Shown piece after piece: positions 49,822 through 60,018 of a stretch of DNA of 64,000 nucleotides (within the stretch, counting starts at the first letter, position 1; every line of letters starts with the position of its first letter). The position numbers and the translations under genes were made by a program. The stretch comes from Bugula neritina (taxonomy: Eukaryota > Animalia > Bryozoa): positions 25,746,628 through 25,810,627 of the forward strand of contig OZ037767.1 in assembly GCA_964035545.1 (NCBI GenBank), written 5' to 3'. The notes below the pieces were generated by a model. The model was not told the origin of the DNA. It did not search any database and saw nothing but the letters and a program-made list of their open reading frames with translations.

Positions 49822-52024
49822 TTACAAGGTCTGGAGCCAGCGTTGGATATCATCTATCTCTGGCTCCTCCCCAGTTGAAGTGCGTCCTTTAGCACTGCAC
49901 TCTATGATGTCAACCTTTTGTGGCAGCAACTGATGAAACTCAAAGTCTACCTGGTCATTACCAAGACGGCAGCGCTCCCCACTACTTCCATCAGTCCCCT
50001 CCAATCCTCCAGCTCTGGTCTTTCTCACTGTATTCCTATATTAGCCCACCACATACTATATGCAATGAAACTGCATTAGTATAGCATATGCTACTGTAGC
50101 ATAGTTCAATGAATATAGTTATTATATTACATAATTAATATAACATATAGTTACTATAGCACATAATGAATAAAACATATCGTTACTATAGCACATAATT
50201 ATAAAAATATTAGTTACTTACAGCTCCTTTTCTAGCAGAGACTTAATGACGGTAGCGGACTTAGTGAAACCTACATCCTGTTTGTTACAAGCAATCAGAA
50301 CAGGTACTTTTGCTTTCTGAATATCGGGCTCGGTTAGCAGAGTATACAGATACCTGAAAGCATCGCTTCACATAAGTTTCATCATACGAAAATCTAACAG
50401 CTTAACTAGCAATAGTAAAGTTCAAGAAAATAAGAAAAAATTGTATTGTGCAAGGTGGGATAACTCCTAGCATCATATTAGAGTAATATAAACATTCGAG
50501 TAACTGAAATACTCAGACACATAATACAACAGAATAATATAATGAAGACACATAAGATATACAGAATAGAGAGAAGATAGTGAAAGAATAATCTTACTCT
50601 GCAACATCTTTCAGCTCTTTTACCACAGTAGTGCTGTCTATGAGGAACACAATACCTCTGGCGGTACAGCTGTACTTCTCAAATAACTGCTGCCTCTTTC
50701 TGTCGTGTCCTGTAACGAAAGTCACATGATGTTACCTTAACGTAAGCACAATTCTGAGGGAGGTAACTTTAAAAGAGCCAACTTAGGATCGGTGAATAAC
50801 GTGTAAATTGTAAGTCATGCTTTCACATGTTGATAGACAACTACAGGCGAGATGTGAAACAAACACACAAGCAATTGACACAGAAGTTTTACAGCAAAAA
50901 AGAAAGTGAGTGTATGTGTTCATCATGAAGTATTTTATGAGAAAAAACTAATAAGTCATTCACAGTCTTATAACTTGACAAGGCAAGAATGGCTCTTATA
51001 ACATTGGGGATATACTTTTTAGTTACTAACTTACCAACTAACTTACTTACAGAGTTACAGTACTTACTGTATATTTTCTTGTTTAGTATTTACCTGGAAG
51101 GTCAACAATAGCCACATCCGTTCCTTTGATTTTCACAACTCCGTGGTTTTCCTGCAGAGAGGTGTGAGTCATACGGAACGCGTTCTGTGTCAGCTAAAAT
51201 GATAGGCATCAGCTTGAGTGTATGGATATATTATTCTAATATATTGAGTTAGTTAGTGAGTTATTGTAAGTATTCTATACAAAGCATTGTTTGTTTTTTT
51301 AAAACAAACATAAGAAGTAGCAACTGATGCTATTTAAAATTCATTTATAACATTATATTTAACATAACTCACATTGCCTGAAAAAATGTTTGTAAAAATA
51401 AAAATTGCATAACATATTAAAATAGATCTGATAAAGCTATTTCAGATTATTTAAATAGTTATGTGTAGCTTAAATGATTTGTTGCGGGTTAAAGAAACAA
51501 GATATTAAATGAACCTTTTCCAAAAACCAAGCCTAAAAATACACTAGAGACATCTGGCATCTATTCAATTTTTACTAAATTTGAAAAGGTATAAAGGCCC
51601 TGTAATATACCTGAGTATATGCCAAGCAAGACACTAGAGTATAGAGGAGTATTTACCTGTGTAAACAGCAACGTCTTCCCAGAGTCACACAGGCCTGTTA
51701 GCAGAATATTAGGTCGTTTGGAGGTTGAACCCCGAAGTAGCAGATATAGTAAGAGTACTAAAAGAAAGGATAACCAAAGTTGACAATTAAATTTGAGCTT
51801 TAAATAAATTTCTATTTAACAACTTTTTTCAAAATTTTACAATAACAATGCATCCACACAATATTGCTATGTTGTAAATGATCGAACATGATTACAACAC
51901 AGTTTGAGTTACTAAAATAATATTATAATTTTCACATACTTATTGTAATTATTCCGATCAGTATTGCTACTGCCACACCATTAGTCAATGGAGTCACCAT
52001 TTGTAAAAGTTCTCCTGCTTCCAT
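49822..52024 (-). CDS. SRPRB: Signal recognition particle receptor subunit beta (Arf/Sar-like GTPase with N-terminal TM), about 247 aa
   Basis: Exons 52024-51940, 51757-51657, 51193-51094, 50709-50598, 50353-50222, 50035-49822 (744 nt). TM GVAVAILIGIITIILLLYLL; P-loop GLCDSGKT; DLPGH; GIVFLIDS; KDVAEYLY; ACNKQD; LEKELNTVRKTR; ECSA; WL near the C-terminus. Confidence 0.96.
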
Positions 52025-52589
52025 TAGTCCAAATCTAAAAGATATGAAACTAGAATCACCATAGAAGTTGGACAGATAATTAAGTGAGTCAAAATAGTAA
52101 GCATATTCATATTATAATACTAATTGATAATATTAATAATGCTCTCCAATAATGAGGTTATGACTTATGAGATTTAAGACAAGAAGACGAGAGGATATAT
52201 TATTATATAAGTGAGCTGGAGCCACTGGCACTAGGCAGAACAGAAAATAAAATTAAATGTGCCAGAAAAAGACAACATCAACATGAACAAAATATTTAAA
52301 AAGTAAATTACTGCTAGAGTCCAAACCGAATTGTGGAAATTTATAACAGCCATGGTTGATGGCTATTGGTTAGTACAAGTATAAGTATTTAATTTTCATT
52401 TCAAGTAATACTAATAGTAATAGTTCATTAGGATTAGTTGGACTTGGTGCTTTCAGGCGAAGAAAATAATATTAATAATAATATTAATAATAATTCATAG
52501 TTGGTGACAAGATAAAGTTCAAGTGATTTACTTTTAGTTTTAATGATTAGGATTAAAACAATATTATTATCATTATTATTAAATTTAAT

Positions 52590-52651
52590 CATTTTCATTA
52601 TCATTACAATCATCATCATTATGATTATGATTATGATTATGATTATGATAA
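52590..52651. repeat. (ATC)n/(ATTATG)n microsatellite upstream of SRPRB
   Basis: catcatcattatgattatgattatgattat... Confidence 0.8.
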
Positions 52652-53945
52652 TTGTGGTGGCTGCACCTCATTGGAATACTAATACTATACTTTATAGTAA
52701 CTGTAATGCCAATAGTTTATAACTAAGAAGTTATACTACTACTAGTACCACTGTCTACTATCACTATCACTAATAGTAATTGGTATTAGACTTAGTGCTA
52801 CTGCCAGCGGTAACAATTTAATAACTATTCTAGTCATTACAAAGTGAAAGTGTCCGATTTTAAACCATGTGTATGCCAAGGTTTCTTGACAACAAACAGT
52901 TTATACGGCCACTCCTAGAGCGTGACGTTAATATTATTTATTTGTGATTTTGGTCTAACTGCAACGTGTTGTTCGAAAGATTTCTAAAAAACAGCTATGT
53001 GTTGTCAATAATTAATGTTAACATTGAAATATTTTATTCATATGCAAAATATAACTTAATATATCTATATAGTAACAACATTGCAGTGGTTATGGTTTTG
53101 TTTGTTATGCTAAGGAAGAAAGCGATGCTAAGATATTTTCCTGGCTACAGCGTACTTTAAAGGAGTCGTCCTCCCTACGCTATGTTTGTTTATAGTTTAG
53201 TACATTAGACTCCTGGAGTATCATCTATCACATCATCTAAATAAGCCCATTCAGCATTTTAAGTTTGAACTATGCTGTTCACATTTGGAATGTTGAAAAT
53301 AAAATATTAATTAGTGCATCAGAATAAAAATGCCTAAATTATTTTATTTATTTATTTTATACTCCTACTCCATACTTATTTCATATTCCTACTCTTATAA
53401 TCCTCTCACTAATTATAAGCCTGGAAATACATATAAACTTAAAGAGTCCCAAACTTTTAAAGGAAAGCATTTTGTATTTTAATGATTTTTCTAGCAATTC
53501 CCAATTTTTTTATTTAAAATATCATCTTTAAAAATGTACCATTTAAAACTGCACACACATGGTGAAGTGCTCCATAATGTATAAAAACAGCTTACATCTA
53601 TAATTTCAATTCATGTACTAAAAGAGTTTTTTATTATAAGTTATTGTCATTATGTGAGCTGAATAGAGCCTGCAAGATATAATAACTTTTTTCATAATAT
53701 ATAGAAGATGATGAGTACCTATATGTTGAAAAACAGCTATGATAAAGTATGTTATAGTGTGATGTCGCAATATAGTGTATTGTAATATATTGTGACAGCC
53801 ACAACTATAGCACATGAACATAATGTAGTATGATGCTACATAGAGGTACATAGGATATGACATCACAAGTAGAAATCAGCCTGTATAATTAAGGTATTCC
53901 CAACAATCAACACATGATGCATTACTTTACGTTGATGACACAACT

Positions 53946-54146
53946 TCATCGAAAAGTGCTCTCATTAGCTGCATCAAAATGTCTTCTCTTATCAATGTCT
54001 TGGGTCTGACTATGTTCATGGACGTTGCCTACCGTTACTACATTTTTAATTTCATATGGTGGTGGATAACCACTGTGCCATTCGTCATCACACTGTTTTT
54101 GATTACCATGGTGATAGTTATTGCAGTTCCGTAAGTTACACAACTC
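53946..54146 (-). CDS. Possible terminal exon of an unassigned minus-strand gene (contains PPPY, ends NESTFR*)
   Basis: ORF of about 66 codons preceded by ttag|. Minus-strand AATAAA at 53630-53635. No upstream exon was identified. Confidence 0.25.
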   Translation of the reverse strand, partial: ELCNLRNCNNYHHGNQKQCDDEWHSGYPPPYEIKNVVTVGNVHEHSQTQDIDKRRHFDAANESTFR

Positions 54147-54305
54147 CTAACTATACTTAATTTTGCTATTTCAAGAACTTCTTACTAAACTCAAATTAAA
54201 ATATAATTTCATTCATGAAATTTTGTTTTTTTCACTTTTACAATATCAGACTTATATATGACATGTGCTGGTGTTATATAATGATTCACATACTACTGCT
54301 TACAG

Positions 54306-55092
54306 ACCAGAGCCTTCTGCTGGTGCCTCTCCACTTAGAGTAACTCAATCTGCCAGCAAACAAATAAATCTTGAGATTGCTAAAGAAATCATTTCTCCTT
54401 CCACTCTGCTCACTGAATGTAAGAAAAAAGAGAAACACCTCAAGAATAAAGATGGTGAGATGCTAGCTGTATTGTTTCTTTTTACTATTTGCCAATTGTG
54501 CTGAAAAATGTTCAACTCATCTGAAAATGTTTAACTTCCAATTAAAATTTTATTGGTCAGTGAACAGAAACTTGAGAGTTTGATGACAAGCTTATTTTGT
54601 TGAATCTAGTCTTTTCATTTGTTAATTTAACTAAAGGGTTAAGTTATATGCCTTTATTGTAGCTGTAGTGGAGAAAACTTCCTATGCCTACAACAAAAAG
54701 AGAATACAGTATATGGCTGGAATGATAGAAAGAGTTTTCAAAGATAAACCTACCAGAGGTATGGCAGTATTTTTACTTGTATTATCTGCTAAATTACCCT
54801 AACAGTGTATAATGTATATGTATTACTGCTCATGCCAAAGGACTACACTTTGCTTCAAAATATATTTTATGCTGTGTTATTGTTATTTACTTTAAGATGT
54901 ATTATTCTTTTAGCTGCAGTGGACACCACCTTATATGTATATAACAAGAAGAGAATCCAGTACATGGCTGGGGTTGTAGAGACTATGTTCAAAAACCCAC
55001 CAGCTAGAAGAACTGAGTTAGATGATGAACTGAAACTCACTAAAGGAATGTGTATTACCAGTCGAATGAGGCAGAACTTTATAAAGAGCTAA
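54306..55092 (+). CDS. 3' part of an uncharacterised gene with two paralogous exons sharing YNKKRIQYMAG
   Basis: Phase-consistent exons 54306-54454, 54663-54758, 54914-55092 (TAA). The shared peptide is encoded with several synonymous differences (AAA/AAG, ATA/ATC, TAT/TAC, GGA/GGG). The start exon was not found. Confidence 0.6.
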
Positions 55093-56061
55093 ATTAGTTA
55101 CTCTCAAATTTACCTATAGACCTACTACTATAATTAATATTTATGTTATGGGCAGCGTTAAGCCAATTATATACTTAAAGGACAATATTCTTTCTTTGCT
55201 TGCTATTGTGGAATAAATTATCATAAAATGAAATAAATTATAAAATATTTCTTTAAATTGCCATAGCATTCAATAATTACATATTTTAAACTTTGGTCTC
55301 AAAACTAGTACTCCTTGCTTAGTTCAAGGTTCTTTAAGCAAAACAGCATTTGAACAGATAGTAACTTGATGACTTGAGTCTCAGTGTAACGATTTCAAGA
55401 ATAGTATAAAGTCTATGGTCTATGTATAAAAACAATAATAATTATAGCTGAAACAAATTAATGTATTATAATGATCTCAATGCATGTGTATAAGGGTGGT
55501 TTTATCTGAGATTATTTTATGAAGTTGGGCTTGTTTCATAAAAAAATATGTTTGGGTGGGGGGAGGGGGAATTCTCTGGTGATTAGGCACCTGTGCTAGT
55601 GCTTGCATTTAAGTGTAAATAAATGTTTCCATTGCTGCCATTTAGTATAACTTTATATTTTGCACTGAAGTATTAAAGAAAATATAAATAATAAATAAAT
55701 TATCAAAATTGAAGGTCCAGCAGCTTACTGCATGTTATAGCCAGCATGCTCTCTTATTGAAGCTGACCAATTATAAGCAGGAAAGCTTTTCTATATAGAA
55801 TTTAATGCTGAGATTATTAGTTGTGGGTGCCTTGGCTAGGTCAGATTGAAATTCCCTGGTCTGGGTGAGCATTATAAGACTAGCTTTCAGCCGTACCTAC
55901 CGCATTTCCTTAGAAGGGATAATGCAAGTAAAACCAACCGCTTAACTCAATAAACTGCTGGGAACCAAAATTAAAACTATACGGGTTTATACAGAGGATC
56001 TGAGAATGCAGTAGACTGCAGTTTATATAACCCTGTACCTGAGCAGCACTACTAGTTGCTT

Positions 56062-59000
56062 GTGTCAGCAATCCCTCGTGTGACGAGTATGATGTCTGCT
56101 TGCAAGCCCTAGTCTGTGCCGTGATCCGTAATCCGTTCCAGTTCAAAAATCCGTAAAATCCTACTAGAGGTTGTGAGTTCTGAGGTGACTCACAAGCCCA
56201 ATTCGAGATCGGCATAATTTGCCACAGTGAGGACAAATGTTACTAGAGTCAGTCACTGGTGGGTGTGTAACAGAGCATAACTCCCTGCTTTTCCTTAACA
56301 ACCGTTTGTGCTCTCGTTTTTGGCGTTGTTGTTGTTCAAAAATCGCTGTCCCTTGATGCACAACAGTTCTCCAATTTTTTCTGTCCAAGGCCTGAACTTC
56401 CCAGGTCTGTGGTCGAATGAAACACTGCTTAAGGCTCTCGTGTAGAGTGTCTTTATACCTTTTCCTCTGACCACCCTGTGAGCGATTTCCAGTGTTCAGC
56501 TCAGAGTACATGATCTTTTTTGGTAGCCGGTTATCATCCATTCTTACCACATGGCCAGACCACTTCAGTTGTCTCTTCACAATCATGGTAGTAATACTTG
56601 TAGTTTGAGCTTTATCGAGGACACTGTTAGTAGTCTGCCTGTCTTGCCATTTGACTCCGAGGATTCGCCTGAGACTGCGGTTGTGAAATTTCTCGAGGGA
56701 CAGCAGGTTGTGGCTGTAGGTTACCCAAGTTTCAGAGGCATAAAGTAGTGTCGGGAGAACAATGGCTTTGTATACTTTTAGTTTGGTCTGTCTGTATATA
56801 TCCTTGTTGTTGAAAACGCGTGTTTGCAGCCTCCCAAATGCGGAGCTGGCGGCCTGGAGTCTTCGGTTTATTTCAGCATCAATGTTTGCTTTAGAGGATA
56901 GGCAGCTACCTAAATAGTTGAAGGTAGTGACTTGGTCTAATATTTGGTCTCCCACCTTGAGGGAAAAATCCTCATGTCTTTCAGTATTCGGGTGTGGTTG
57001 GTACATTACTTGCGTCTTCTTGGCATTGAGTGTTAGACCAAGAGAGGTGTATGCTGTATTGAATGCTGTGAGAGCAAGTTGAAGTTCCTCCTCGGAATGA
57101 GCCATGATCATGTTATCATCAGCATACTGCAGTTCATGAATAGCCTCGGTAGCTGTCTTCGTCTTAGCTCTGAGACGTCTGACATTGAAAATATCATTAA
57201 ATCTATATCTGATTTTTACTCCAGATGGCATACATTCACTCACTAGTTGAAGTACAGCAGTGAGGAAAATCGAGAACAATGTAGGTGCTATCACACATCC
57301 CTGTTTTACTCCTGTGTTCACAGGAAACTCCTTAGAGTGGTCTCCATCAACTAATACTGATGCCTTCATGTCATCATGTAAGATGCGAATGATGGTAACT
57401 AATTTGTCGGGGCATCCAATCTTGCCTAGCACTTTCCACAGCGTTGGTCTGTGAACTGTGTCAAAGGCTTTCTTTAGATCGATGAATGCCATAAACAGAT
57501 CACGGTGCTGCTCTAGGCATTTTTCTTGAATCTGCCGAGCAGCAAAAATCATATCCACAGTTCCTCGGTAAGGTCTGAAGCCACATTGGCTCTCTGGTAG
57601 GCATCTCTCTGTCAATTGGCCAAGTCTAAAACTAACTATTCTCGCCAGAAGCTTTCCAGCAATAGATAGCAGAGAGATACCCCTATAGTTTCCACAATCG
57701 GCTCTGTTACCCTTCTTGTAAAGAGTTACAATATTAGCATCCTTCAGATCAGGATGAAGTGATTCTTTTTCCCAAATCAGCTGAAAGAGTTCCAGCAATT
57801 TTCTGTTCAATTCTAGCCCACCATCTTTAAAAATCTCTCCAGGTATTCCATCCGGTCCGGCAGCTTTTCCTGACTTAGTCATGGATAATGCTTTCTCAAG
57901 TTCGTCAATCGTTGGGGGTTCGGCTAGGTGGGTCAGTATTGACAGTTGTGGCAGACATTCTAAGGTCTTCTCATCCACCATAGTGTCTTGGTTAAGCAGC
58001 TCTGAGAAATGTTCAGCCCATCTGCCCTTGATCTCATCTTTCCCCTTATGTATTGTGGAACCATCTTTGGAAGCTATTGGCCCACATCCTCCAAAAATTG
58101 GGCCATACAATCTCTTCGTAGCGGAAAAGAACTCTTTGCTACTGTTTGTCTCAGCAAGTCTCTGAAGTTCCTCAGATTTTCGGATCCACCAGTCATTTTT
58201 TATTGTCCTTATTCTTGCCTGTACTTTCCCTCTCATTTTATGATAATGGTCCCTTTTTTCCACATTTCTATAGTCTTGGTGCCATAAGCTGAAAGCATGG
58301 CGTTTCTCCTTCATGAGCTCGTTTATTTCTTGTTCGTTGTCATCAAACCAATCTTCATGTTTTCGTTCTGGTTTACCCAGGGTTGAGTGGCATGTTTTCA
58401 AGATCGAATCTCTCAGAACTTCCCAGCTGCCATGAGTAGAATTTATATCAATATCTTGGATATTCTCTGTGAGCTCACTTTGGAAGCCTTGCTTTATTTC
58501 TGGCTGGTTGAGCAGCGATAGATTTATTTTTGTCTGCTTTCTTTTCCTGTTCATTTGTTTTGGATGAATACATATGTTCATTTTTGCCAGAATCAGTCGA
58601 TGGTCTGTCCAGCAAGCATCAGATAGGTCCATAGCTCGGGTTATACGCACATCCTGCACATCCCGTTGTTTGACAATGATGTAGTCGATAAGGTGCCAGT
58701 GGCCAGATCTGGGATGTCTCCATGAGGTCTTGCGTCGGTCTTTCTGTCTAAAAAGAGTGTTTGTGATTACCAAGGAGTGTTCAGCACATTTGGTGAGCAG
58801 CATTTCCCCATTGCTATTTAGCTTCCCAGTCCCATCTTTACCAATTATCTTTTTCCACACATGGTGATCTTTTCCAACCCGAGCATTAAAATCTCCAAGG
58901 ACCATGATTTTCGCACTCTTGGGGATCCCTGATAGAACCATATCTAGATTGGAGTAGAACTGCTCCTTTTCCTGATGATCAGCAAGCAATGTCGGTGCAT

Positions 59001-60018
59001 ATGCTGAGATCAATGTTGCTTTCCTGTTGCGGCGTAGGTTTAGTTGGAGAGTCATCATCCTGTCGTTGATTCCCACTGGTAGCTGGTCGAGTTTCCTCAC
59101 AACCTCATTCTTGATAGCGAAACCAACCCCATGAACTCTCTGTTCCTCAGCTGGTTTCCCTCTCCAGAAAAAAGTGTACCCACCACCAATTTCCGTGAGC
59201 TGCCCTTCATCAGCTAAGCGAGTTTCCTGAAGGGCTGCTATGTCTACATTTAGTCTTCTGAGTTCACGAGCTATGAAAGCCGTTCTTCTCTCAGGTCTGT
59301 TTGATTTATCATTGTCCATCATTGTCCGTACATTCCAGGTTGCTATGTTCATTTGTATTTTCTGACCGCAAAGAGGTGAACCCGCTGGACGCGGTAATCC
59401 AGCCAGGTTGAGTTGGGAGCAGACTATGTTTGGGGCACCTTTTCTAGCCCTCTCCTCTGATTGAGGTGAGCAGAGTGGGTCCTAAAAAGGACTGCTCAGT
59501 CATAGAGATCACTACCGAACAACCATACTGCTCCCTGTCCTAAGTTGAGCGACTGATAAATCTCTACCGCCTACGTGCTGGTTTGTAACTGGAAACTTCC
59601 AGGCTTCACTTCCCTGTTCCCGTCGCTACGCCCCAATCGCCGCAGGGCTTGAGGAGGGTTGCAAGCAGAAGCTGTGCGTGGTATAGAGCATTGTCGCACG
59701 AAACGATACTCTGTAAGCTTGGCTAAGCATGTATGGATCCAGTGGCAAGGGAGCCTCGACGACTGGAAAACATGCCTAGTTGCAGTGAATGGCCGTTGAT
59801 TCATGGAATTCATTCGCCCTTTCAGTTTCCTGACGAGTGTTCACAGACCCGTTGCGTTTGTATAGGGACCACCTCCCATAGCCTTTGTGTTTATTTGAAA
59901 CACATCCCGCAAGGCAGCGGGTGTACACTGGTTTAGTCGCCAGCGGCTCGACCATGAAACAGGTGGTACTGGATTACATGGTACCAGTAGCAGGTTATTA
60001 GATCCTGACCTGACCTGC
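56062..60018 (-). mobile_element. Apparently full-length RTE-clade non-LTR retrotransposon (LINE)
   Basis: Single APE+RT ORF, about 670-nt GC-richer 5' UTR and about 100-nt 3' UTR. Flanked by the direct repeat AGTTGCTT at 56054-56061 and 60019-60026 (candidate TSD). Confidence 0.9.
56164..59352 (-). CDS. RTE ORF: apurinic-like endonuclease, reverse transcriptase and C-terminal C2H2 zinc finger (1062 aa)
   Basis: Uninterrupted, intronless ORF. EN motifs TWNVRT, LQETR, AYAPT, GDFNA, IDY, TDH. RT motifs YRGISLL, QCGFR, FIDLKKAFD, GVKQG, QYADD, YLGS. Finger CPHCGKLCRSRIGLVSHLRTH. Confidence 0.97.
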   Translation of the reverse strand: MNIATWNVRTMMDNDKSNRPERRTAFIARELRRLNVDIAALQETRLADEGQLTEIGGGYTFFWRGKPAEEQRVHGVGFAIKNEVVRKLDQLPVGINDRMMTLQLNLRRNRKATLISAYAPTLLADHQEKEQFYSNLDMVLSGIPKSAKIMVLGDFNARVGKDHHVWKKIIGKDGTGKLNSNGEMLLTKCAEHSLVITNTLFRQKDRRKTSWRHPRSGHWHLIDYIIVKQRDVQDVRITRAMDLSDACWTDHRLILAKMNICIHPKQMNRKRKQTKINLSLLNQPEIKQGFQSELTENIQDIDINSTHGSWEVLRDSILKTCHSTLGKPERKHEDWFDDNEQEINELMKEKRHAFSLWHQDYRNVEKRDHYHKMRGKVQARIRTIKNDWWIRKSEELQRLAETNSSKEFFSATKRLYGPIFGGCGPIASKDGSTIHKGKDEIKGRWAEHFSELLNQDTMVDEKTLECLPQLSILTHLAEPPTIDELEKALSMTKSGKAAGPDGIPGEIFKDGGLELNRKLLELFQLIWEKESLHPDLKDANIVTLYKKGNRADCGNYRGISLLSIAGKLLARIVSFRLGQLTERCLPESQCGFRPYRGTVDMIFAARQIQEKCLEQHRDLFMAFIDLKKAFDTVHRPTLWKVLGKIGCPDKLVTIIRILHDDMKASVLVDGDHSKEFPVNTGVKQGCVIAPTLFSIFLTAVLQLVSECMPSGVKIRYRFNDIFNVRRLRAKTKTATEAIHELQYADDNMIMAHSEEELQLALTAFNTAYTSLGLTLNAKKTQVMYQPHPNTERHEDFSLKVGDQILDQVTTFNYLGSCLSSKANIDAEINRRLQAASSAFGRLQTRVFNNKDIYRQTKLKVYKAIVLPTLLYASETWVTYSHNLLSLEKFHNRSLRRILGVKWQDRQTTNSVLDKAQTTSITTMIVKRQLKWSGHVVRMDDNRLPKKIMYSELNTGNRSQGGQRKRYKDTLHESLKQCFIRPQTWEVQALDRKNWRTVVHQGTAIFEQQQRQKREHKRLLRKSRELCSVTHPPVTDSSNICPHCGKLCRSRIGLVSHLRTHNL

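Noticed and set aside
56551-58287. + strand ORFs inside the retrotransposon
   Set aside because: Short antisense by-products of the RTE ORF with no recognisable motifs.
59830-59900. CTGACGA on the + strand as a hammerhead ribozyme core
   Set aside because: No proper stem II closed by GAAA follows, and it is antisense to the element's transcript.
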